64,000 bases of DNA from a virus. Under the pieces are notes generated by a model, which saw only the letters and a list, made by a program, of their open reading frames with translations, made no database searches and was not told the DNA's origin. The stretch's first letter is position 1, and the number at the start of each line of letters is the position of its first letter. Location: the IMG/VR virus record IMGVR_UViG_3300044716_000973, positions 9,120-73,119 of that record. One strand, written 5' to 3'. This document shows, one piece after another, positions 57,901 to 64,000 of this stretch. A program made the position numbers and the translations under genes.

Positions 57901-59415
57901 TCATGGATACAATTCAATGGATCCTATGGACTTTACTGGCCAAATACAAATGATGCGCATATACATGGCAACGATCTTTCTAGCTATGGATCTGTTGCTA
58001 TTCGTGGGTCCCGAAACGGTTGGCGCGGGATACATTTCTATGAGGGTGGAAATACTCCTCACCTAATGTTTACAGGCGCCAATGGAGGTTTCTATTTTGA
58101 GACTGGTGGGCGTTGGGCAGCTTACTATAGTTATGCTGATAACTGCTGGGGCTTTGGTACATCGTCTACTTCGGCTTCCTATAATATCTATTGTCCTACT
58201 GGAATATATTCAGGTGGACGTGTTGATGGTACTATCTTCTATGATAGCAACAACACCGGCTACTACATGGATCCCACCGGAACATCGTATTGGGCTACTT
58301 CACAACAAAACGGATTTCATTATTTTAACCAAAACTACGGTCATGGTATTGTAGGACTGTACTCCTCTACACGCTTCCAGTGTGTATATGCAATGGGCGA
58401 TGCCTATAAGGGTAACGCAGACGGAACAAGTCTTTCTGGGGCATATGGACTCTGGTGGTCTTATCCATCAGCAGGCGGTCCAGCGGCATCGCTGTCTTCA
58501 CACGGTCTGATGTGTATTGTGAATGGAACAAACGTAGCTCAGTTAGATTCAAGTACAAGAGCAAACGGAGACATGCGTGCTCCTATCTTCTACGATCTCA
58601 ACGATACCGGTTATTATACTAATCCAAACGGCACGTCCATTCTATATAATATGGAACTTATCAATCTACGTTGTGGTTTTGATAGATCTTGGGATAACTA
58701 TCCTGGTATTGCTGTAAGAAATACAACTGATCAGGGTCCTCAAGGAGACTTCCGTATCCATGGATTGGGCGGATCTAGCGGCGGCGACTTTAACGTCAGA
58801 CTTCTTGTAGACGGAACAATTCAGTCATTGTCAGACGTCCGCGGACCTATCTTCTACGATAGTGATAATACTTCATTTTATTTTAACACTGATGCCTCGG
58901 TTAGTACGATCTATTCATACAACTGGTTCCGTTCGTATAACGCCACAGGCTGGTATAACGAGACATACGCTGGTGGCGTATGGATGAACGACACCACTTG
59001 GGTACGTATCTATAACTCTAAGGCGTTCTTGGTAGATAACCAGATCGCAGCCACTGGTAACGTTACGGCTTACTACTCTGACGAACGTCTAAAGACTAAG
59101 ACAGGCAACCTTGACAATGCACTTACTAAGGTTAAATCTCTTAGTGGCTTTACATACATAGAAAATGATTTAGCCCGTTCACTGGGTTATAAGAACGAAA
59201 AGCAGCAAGTTGGTGTATCTGCTCAACAAGTGAAAGCAGTACTTCCAGAAGCAGTTGCTCTTGCTCCTGTGGATTATGAAACACTTGAAGATGGAACAAT
59301 TGTTTCTAAGTCGGGTGAAGATTACCTGACTGTAGACTACTCAAGACTGGTTCCACTTCTTATCGAAGCAATCAAGGAACTGACTGCAAAGGTAGAAGAG
59401 CTAGAAGCTAGATGA
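51925..59415 (+). CDS. Giant modular tail fibre (about 2496 aa): collagen tracts, 11 RAPIFYD-type joints, C-terminal peptidase S74 intramolecular chaperone
   Basis: Gly-X-Y at about 52729-52980 and 53374-53970; YSDERLK...GVSAQQV...LPEAV...[17 protein letters not shown]. Confidence 0.9.
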   Translation: MANNKIQFKRTTISGRTPNTTNSGNTSYIDAGEFAVNLTDHKVYSSNGSVAFEVGANLASLNVGGNVTIGGNLSVTGTTISISGNNLSITDNMLYMNQGILATVTNATGNGSTVTFVANNNFSAGWDVFVSGISPSSFNGTYNNILFANATHFTVSNTNVDSYSSGGSARGKTDSNPDIGFSAGYNDGTYHHTGFFRDATDGRYKVFDSYLPEPDTSPFIDTANASFKIADFQANTLYANSIYANGSLGTAGQALVSDGTSVYWSNNPGYTGSTGATGAQGAQGAQGPAGAQGPTGAQGPTGAQGAQGAQGAIGFTGSASTVAGPTGPQGITGPQGATGPQGPQGVIGFTGSALMGAINYVQNTAPKAFANTTDSFPKALVSVTITTSGAPVQIGAYGDAENKSVGGWGKLQLYRGSTPISGNVHYEGSAGSENSPFAFTHIDNPAAGTYTYYLYCTEIAGGNTHFGETSGPVLNAIELQNVKGAQGPTGTQGPTGPQGATGPQGVQGVTGDQGPTGTQGPTGPQGAIGFTGSAGNTGAQGPQGATGAQGPQGLTGPQGATGDQGPQGATGPQGAQGLTGPQGATGPQGAQGVTGAQGAQGPAGAQGPQGATGPQGVIGPMGPTGPQGATGPQGATGPQGAIGFTGSAGIPGAQGPQGATGPQGPTGPQGAQGPIGYTGSWGGTAQANVNMNGYSITNANTIVATSTSIMGAHRKYYLGALGAAGTQARRHEIARLYIDFNDWHGAGTTFVEIHNNYYYGGDYQRWSISYDYNNVHCYLIAGASPRGRHAQVACSSPVQVSGDFYYISVYVDVMYYTTYQTYIETSWPEVTSHGAHGGNILVYQSPSATNISDFTAPTIVYTNNSLQSGADVRAPVFYDSDDTAYYSNMAGGSNLYTTKFNTATNGAAGRTVVIKDATQSEILFGNYPGGWTSALQIQNNDNSDFVWISPLDVNNNARIRTGGCGLDFYTDGTNDTGTYSLFVGSGYATGQVSLRAPVFYDSNDTGYYADPTGYSQLWSVAIRGDQSAQGTGNQLFLWDSGNTTTSAIGFKNVGGVWATHGAATASYNTYFTMDTSGRAWIFRRATVGGNDFTGVNVASITNTGIAQFDGSTRSPVFYDSDDTTYYFDGASTSRLNQARFQNRISVGDGSGTPFLNGGSPGVWLSFNGGSDIFMGSENSGSAGFYLGAWRFTVNSSGSATASADFRAPIFYDTDDTNRYVNPNGTSQLVTVETRAGSGFRSFIDGSSSIASSIYFANAGNTRAMNWQLDENNDAALWGYDGTSWGKKITIGQNRTIEQGNNFAHPEIEWSAAGSSTGEVIFYLPGTTANYGMVHMVFDIYEYTGQYTATVIIGGHNWSSSWYNTGCNIIGYTNKSIRLGVKNDGTNNRFCVVFGGTTSSWSYGTIRLRKIHNGSFYDGVMNLAGNWSVFQTTTETFVNISGDLRNTYAPVNLEVGNIGYAYASFRAPIFYDSDNTSYYTDPNSLSNLVTIYATKGGANNTAAIQVRGGNAGYPRIQTYGLDADGAAWMGLGTDMGGGPYEHSVYFPNGASGNGRLSIGDYNGSTYNPRLWVFTTYTQINNSTRSPLFYDSDNTGYYTDPASTSILVNMSLGGGQTVNGQSHFQWEGATYRNPGDHTPGLLVRADNATAGINGSRPAISLYNENGGDETTVAMAFVSREAQGSGNAVNLAGIVAKKQIAGDSGNWTQGSLTFYTRYGGTRNDAIYIDQSGYVTIGGNENQNAYNAVTGRRLMFGSADSDAQGNYYIGTNLEDYGGNYNKLDLRWHTGIRMGAQANYGGIRFYDSEDLGTEIFAVGKSGNFAQAANSLRAPIFYDSSDTAFYTDPASTSQIVKLRVISAGNQAGGNIKMGQAGEGANKWSYLTGSHYNDTSESEGVSMIGLYASSTENQVVIGGSIYEANPATTINFYTHNAITHGTGGSLRLSIGNDGAVVAQVDMRAPIFYDSNNTGYYVNPNGSSYLYSLSLSGSAYFQPNSWIQFNGSYGLYWPNTNDAHIHGNDLSSYGSVAIRGSRNGWRGIHFYEGGNTPHLMFTGANGGFYFETGGRWAAYYSYADNCWGFGTSSTSASYNIYCPTGIYSGGRVDGTIFYDSNNTGYYMDPTGTSYWATSQQNGFHYFNQNYGHGIVGLYSSTRFQCVYAMGDAYKGNADGTSLSGAYGLWWSYPSAGGPAASLSSHGLMCIVNGTNVAQLDSSTRANGDMRAPIFYDLNDTGYYTNPNGTSILYNMELINLRCGFDRSWDNYPGIAVRNTTDQGPQGDFRIHGLGGSSGGDFNVRLLVDGTIQSLSDVRGPIFYDSDNTSFYFNTDASVSTIYSYNWFRSYNATGWYNETYAGGVWMNDTTWVRIYNSKAFLVDNQIAATGNVTAYYSDERLKTKTGNLDNALTKVKSLSGFTYIENDLARSLGYKNEKQQVGVSAQQVKAVLPEAVALAPVDYETLEDGTIVSKSGEDYLTVDYSRLVPLLIEAIKELTAKVEELEAR
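54535..58890 (+). repeat. Dispersed protein repeat R[AS]P[IV]FYDSxxTxYYxxP, 11 copies
   Basis: Copies near 54541, 54907, 55261, 55540, 56316, 56671, 57403, 57790, 58225, 58576 and 58840. Confidence 0.9.
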
Positions 59416-60644
59416 CAAATATAGTATACACCTCAACAAATACTTCTTTACAGGCAATTGATACTTTCAATCTGCCAACAGAGAAAATTATTCACTATGA
59501 TGTTTATGTAACAGTTGGAAATACTACTCATCTCTCGACACTCGATATCAGTCATGATGGAATCCAAACATCTGAGTACCAGTATTCTATGGCGAAGAAT
59601 GGAATCACTCCACTTGAGTTTGTAGTATCTATTGCAAACAATGTAGGAGTTGTCAGTGTTACACCTGCCGCAATTCCAACAACTTTTAGTATTGAAAGAA
59701 TACCGATTACTTGTAATCTCTATTCTGAGAATACATTGAGTGGTAGAAACATCAAGACTGTAGAAGGTCTTGGCATTTACTTTGATGGTGCTAATAACAT
59801 TACTGTTCGTCAGTCAAATAATAATGTATTCACTTATGCGAATGCCTATGTGACTTCGGGTGTAATGGGTCCAATCAAAACAAAATCAAATCTATTATCA
59901 GACTGGACTGTTGCAAACGGAAGTATTCAAACAACTGATGGTAGTTATTTAGTTGCTGTTTCTTCTGGTCAGAAAGATAATAGCCTGACTCAGACCATTC
60001 CTGTTTCAGTTGGCAAAAGATATATTCTATCTGGTAGTGCATACTATACAACAGATCAAAACTATTCATTACAATCAGAAGACAGAGATTCTGGACCATC
60101 AAGAATTGAAGTTGGTAGTAACTTTGGTGATAATGATTTTGGTGGTTACATTGCCACTACATCTGAAACTGCATTCTCGGTTGTCTTTGCTCCTACTTCA
60201 GATACAGTTCATGTCTCTGCTGGCTTTGGTGATATTAATAATAGAATCTTTATCAAAGATTTTGATTTAAAAGAATACGTGCCTTTCCATACATATAATC
60301 AAGACGAAGGTTCCATATATATCAAGTGGAATGCAGTTGTTGCCGGAAATACCGTACTCAGCTTAAACTCAAGTAATGCAAACAATCGAGTTTACGTAGA
60401 CGGGTCAAATAATATCTTCATAAATACTGTTAATTGTGGCCCACAACAAGTAACAAATAAAGTTGTTTTAAATTACAGTGCAAATGGAATTGTAGCAAGT
60501 CGTAATGGCAATGCAGTAGTAACGTCTATTGATACTTTTAATAAGTATATTGCCAATGCGGTTTTTGTTTCGGTTCCTCATGAATTTGCTTATATGTCAA
60601 ATACCATCTCTAACACTATGTTGGTAACGTTATCGAATGTCTAA
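59412..60644 (+). CDS. Hypothetical structural protein, possibly with a carbohydrate-binding-like domain
   Basis: ATGA overlap; N-terminal IDTF...SHDG segment resembles the C-terminal domain of 42799-45111. Confidence 0.65.
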   Translation: MTNIVYTSTNTSLQAIDTFNLPTEKIIHYDVYVTVGNTTHLSTLDISHDGIQTSEYQYSMAKNGITPLEFVVSIANNVGVVSVTPAAIPTTFSIERIPITCNLYSENTLSGRNIKTVEGLGIYFDGANNITVRQSNNNVFTYANAYVTSGVMGPIKTKSNLLSDWTVANGSIQTTDGSYLVAVSSGQKDNSLTQTIPVSVGKRYILSGSAYYTTDQNYSLQSEDRDSGPSRIEVGSNFGDNDFGGYIATTSETAFSVVFAPTSDTVHVSAGFGDINNRIFIKDFDLKEYVPFHTYNQDEGSIYIKWNAVVAGNTVLSLNSSNANNRVYVDGSNNIFINTVNCGPQQVTNKVVLNYSANGIVASRNGNAVVTSIDTFNKYIANAVFVSVPHEFAYMSNTISNTMLVTLSNV

Positions 60645-63600
60645 AGATACGATTCACTTATTTAATAACCTGTCAGTAAAAGGTCTGGTAGCCAATGGCT
60701 TTATCGGATCAACTGGTCAGGCACTACTTTCGAATGGAACAGGAGTTTACTGGGGATCTGGTGCTGGATTCACCGGATCGAAAGGTGACAAAGGTGAAGA
60801 TGGTATCTTTGGTGGTGCTGCTTTTGACTATACTTATAGCACAAATACAGATCTTTCTGATCCTGGTGATGGTGTTCTTAAGTTTAATAGTACAAACCTA
60901 TCAACTGCTACAACTCTTATCATTCATGATAATGATGATAACAATGTTTCTATCAACAACTTCTTGCAAACGATTGATGATTCTACTTCAGCAATCAAAG
61001 GCCACTTCACTGTAACTGAGAAAGCAAACACTGCCAACTTCTCTCAGTTCTCAATTACCGGCAATCACGTTGATGGCATAACCAGCTTTCAGGTTCCTGT
61101 AGCATATCTTGCTGGTGCAACATCACTTTCAAATGGCCTTGATATTATTATCACCTTTGCAAGAACCGGTGATCGTGGTGATACAGGATTTACGGGTTCA
61201 CGAGGAGCACAGGGTCCGCAAGGAGCTACTGGTGCTCAAGGAGCAATGGGACCACAAGGAGCTACTGGTGCTCAAGGAGCTACTGGTGCTCAAGGTGCTA
61301 CCGGAGCTCAAGGTGCAATTGGATACACTGGTTCACAGGGTGATATAGGTTATACTGGATCTGCATCTACAGTTGCTGGTCCTCTTGGATATACTGGCAG
61401 CCAAGGAGATACAGGACCTCAAGGAGCAGGATTTACTGGTTCTCAAGGTATTACAGGTGCACAAGGACCAATAGGTACTCAAGGACCGACTGGTCCGCAA
61501 GGTGAAATTGGCCCGCAAGGACCACAGGGTGTAATTGGTGCACAAGGACCGTCTGGTATTACAGTTCAAGGTCCTCCTGGTGCTACTGTACAAGGTCCGA
61601 CTGGTGCAATGGGTCCAACAGGTGCTCAAGGTCCGACTGGTGCAATGGGTCCAACGGGCGCAATGGGACCAACTGGGCCAATGGGTCCAACTGGACCGCA
61701 AGGTGAAATTGGCCCACAAGGTGTTACTGGTGCTCAAGGTCCGACCGGCTCACAAGGAGCTCAAGGACCAGTAGGATTTACTGGATCTGCTGGACCTGCT
61801 GGTGCTACAGTTCAAGGACCGGCCGGCCCTCCTGGTGCTACGGTTCAGGGTCCAACTGGAGCACAGGGACCGGCAGGACCTCCAGGTTCTACTGTTCAGG
61901 GACCAACTGGTCCACAAGGTCCTGCAGGTCCAGCCGCGCTTCCACAAAATCCTACTGGAACCACATACGGAGATGGTGTAAGTAGTGTACCACCATATTT
62001 GTTGTCACAGGCTGTAGGTGACAATGATGGTTGGAGATTGTACGGAGAATCTCCTGCTACGAACCAAGTTCGTATGGTATTTGAGCTTGTTGATGATATT
62101 GAAGATTATCTAACTGATCAGTGGGTTTTTAGAAATAAAAGAACTTATACTGACTATGTTGCCAGAAACGAATTTAATATTTCTGGTGCCGGTGATTCTT
62201 ATTCAAGAACATCTAGCCGAGCACCTATATTCTATAATATTCCCGACACTGCCTATTACATAGATCCTAACGGTACATCAAACCTAGCTGGAGTAGATAT
62301 AAACCTAATCGCGCGAATTATTACCGGGAGTGTAGGCACAGGCAATACAACTAACGGGTTAGTTTTCGATGGTAATTATACTAACGGTCAATATAGACAC
62401 CGTTTTCGTAAGTTTGATGATGGTGGAGGAATTCCTCTCTATCTTGATTACGCTGCTGGTACAGCGAACTCTTATACGGCACTAATGAAGTTTGGGCCAA
62501 ATACTGCTGATGGATCTTATCTCACTGTTTATGGAATAGTGGCAAGCAACGCAGATATGCGCGCCCCTATCTTTCGTGATAGTGATAGCACTGGTTATTA
62601 TGTTGATCCTGCCAGCGATTCCACGCTTGCTAATGTGGTTCTTGCTAGCACCGTTGACTCTGCATTGTATTATGATACCGCGCTTGAAATACGCGAACGC
62701 TCGTACGCTGGTGCACAGACCACCTCATATAACAACGCCCCTCGACTTAGCTTTCATTGGGGTGGAAGAGTAGCGTCCCAGTTAGTCTTGGACAGCGCTA
62801 ACGTACTTAACTTGATGAATGGCGATTGTACAGGATGGACCACATTTAGAGCTGGTGATATTATCGGTAACATTCTAACGGATAGAGAAGACTCAGCCTT
62901 CTTTGTTAATCCTAATGGATCCAGCGTCCTAAGCAGTCTGACCGTAGGCGGCTCCGCAGTTATGAGAGGTGTTGGAGCTCCTAGCACTGACAATACTAAC
63001 TGGAATACTCTAGGCAATGCTGTCAATACTATCAATGAAATATATCAAAATCATTTTAATATTGGTGGAACGGGCAACTCTAACTTCCCTACAACTGCTG
63101 CATACAAATATGGAACACTGATTAATTTCAGTGCTAATGCTAATGCGCGCGCTCAAATGTATATTTCTCATGCAGGGAACGATTTAATCTTCCGTGGCGG
63201 CTGGACTGATTCTAGCTGGCAGACGTGGAATAGAGTACTTACGGATATAAATTACAATAGCTACGCTCCGACTCTAACAGGCACCGGCGCATCTGGAAAC
63301 TGGGGTATTAATGTTACCGGCACTGCTGGATCGATTTCGGGATTCAACAATCCAACAACAGCTCCGACTGGAAGCACCATTGCATATCGCGATGCTGCTG
63401 GTGATATTGCGGCTCGTGAAATCATTCTAAGTTCGGGCCTTTCTGAACAGACTCCTACAGTATTGACGTCAATGTACCCTACAACCAATCAGTTGGTTCG
63501 TACAACACCTGGTGCTGTTGCAGTTGCTATTCGCGGTGCTGCTTCGGGTAACTGGAGTATCAATGTTTCAGGGACCGCTCAATATGGAAATTATTTAAAC

Positions 63601-64000
63601 TCGACTAGAGACACTCCATCTGATTCCTTACAATATTGGCAGGCTTCAGGTCTTGGCACAAATGAGGCACCATCAGGGGATTGGCACAACACAATAAGAA
63701 TGGGCCACGGATCTCCGTTATCTTATTATAGTAACACACTTGCAATTCGTATGACTGGTACTGGTGTAGGTGACATATACACTCAGACTATTATGGGCGG
63801 TACCGCGCAAGGCTGGAAAAAACATTGGAATGATGGAAATGACGGCGCTGGTTCTGGTCTAGATGCTGATTTGCTTGATGGTTTTCAGGCATCAAATGGA
63901 GTTGGTGCAAATACAATTGTAACACGACAGGAAAACGGTTATACTTTCCTGAACTATATTAATAGTAATACTGGCAATAATGAAAATCCGACTATTGGGC
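60637..64000 (+). CDS. Second large tail fibre (over 1120 aa), truncated by the window end and absent from the ORF track
   Basis: ATG 60637 ([11 protein letters not shown]...), no in-frame stop seen by eye to 64000; ANGFIGSTGQALLSNGTGVYW, collagen at about 61168-61935, RAPIF joints at 62218 and 62560, DGAGSGLDADLLDG near 63841. Confidence 0.88.
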   Translation, partial: MSKDTIHLFNNLSVKGLVANGFIGSTGQALLSNGTGVYWGSGAGFTGSKGDKGEDGIFGGAAFDYTYSTNTDLSDPGDGVLKFNSTNLSTATTLIIHDNDDNNVSINNFLQTIDDSTSAIKGHFTVTEKANTANFSQFSITGNHVDGITSFQVPVAYLAGATSLSNGLDIIITFARTGDRGDTGFTGSRGAQGPQGATGAQGAMGPQGATGAQGATGAQGATGAQGAIGYTGSQGDIGYTGSASTVAGPLGYTGSQGDTGPQGAGFTGSQGITGAQGPIGTQGPTGPQGEIGPQGPQGVIGAQGPSGITVQGPPGATVQGPTGAMGPTGAQGPTGAMGPTGAMGPTGPMGPTGPQGEIGPQGVTGAQGPTGSQGAQGPVGFTGSAGPAGATVQGPAGPPGATVQGPTGAQGPAGPPGSTVQGPTGPQGPAGPAALPQNPTGTTYGDGVSSVPPYLLSQAVGDNDGWRLYGESPATNQVRMVFELVDDIEDYLTDQWVFRNKRTYTDYVARNEFNISGAGDSYSRTSSRAPIFYNIPDTAYYIDPNGTSNLAGVDINLIARIITGSVGTGNTTNGLVFDGNYTNGQYRHRFRKFDDGGGIPLYLDYAAGTANSYTALMKFGPNTADGSYLTVYGIVASNADMRAPIFRDSDSTGYYVDPASDSTLANVVLASTVDSALYYDTALEIRERSYAGAQTTSYNNAPRLSFHWGGRVASQLVLDSANVLNLMNGDCTGWTTFRAGDIIGNILTDREDSAFFVNPNGSSVLSSLTVGGSAVMRGVGAPSTDNTNWNTLGNAVNTINEIYQNHFNIGGTGNSNFPTTAAYKYGTLINFSANANARAQMYISHAGNDLIFRGGWTDSSWQTWNRVLTDINYNSYAPTLTGTGASGNWGINVTGTAGSISGFNNPTTAPTGSTIAYRDAAGDIAAREIILSSGLSEQTPTVLTSMYPTTNQLVRTTPGAVAVAIRGAASGNWSINVSGTAQYGNYLNSTRDTPSDSLQYWQASGLGTNEAPSGDWHNTIRMGHGSPLSYYSNTLAIRMTGTGVGDIYTQTIMGGTAQGWKKHWNDGNDGAGSGLDADLLDGFQASNGVGANTIVTRQENGYTFLNYINSNTGNNENPTIG

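Noticed and set aside
51925-64000. Diversity-generating retroelement or invertase shufflon acting on fibres
   Set aside because: No reverse transcriptase or recombinase, no adenine-specific template/variable repeat pair, and no inverted cassettes seen in this window.
1-64000. Stop-codon reassignment
   Set aside because: Core genes are full length in the standard code, and TAA, TGA and TAG all occur as stops.

Overview
A 64 kb segment of a large T4-like (myovirus-type) phage genome. The host is probably an alphaproteobacterium, inferred from a circularly permuted two-piece tmRNA with an ANDN...LAA tag and a GGCAGUA T-loop. Left part (1-13.6 kb, + strand): GmhA, RNase H, PhoH, exonuclease, 2OG-Fe(II) oxygenase, a block of small early genes behind repeated sigma70-type promoters, an exported nuclease, the tmRNA, a 270-nt structured non-coding leader, a cell-wall hydrolase, and gp33-gp59-(methyltransferase)-gp32. 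Middle (13.6-20 kb, - strand): gp4, gp2, gp54-like, gp26, gp51 and two paralogous tape-measure-like proteins with peptidoglycan-hydrolase motifs. Right (20-64 kb, + strand): baseplate genes, two VrlC/DUF4815-like proteins and a long fibre cluster (Asn/Thr-rich repeats, collagen, a 2496-aa modular fibre, and a second fibre running off the window end that the ORF track missed), interrupted by an inverted glycosyltransferase pair. Most notable: (1) a tmRNA with a long structured intervening segment, followed by a second unexplained structured RNA; (2) host-mimic motifs in tail-tip proteins, namely a TonB-box-like DEIIVTARK and ssrA-like ANDN plus C-terminal AA; (3) a candidate virion or surface glycosylation system with a leaderless consensus sigma70 promoter interlocked with a late promoter; (4) nested domain insertions in gp7 and jointed modular fibres. 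All product calls come from motif recognition and gene order, without database searches.
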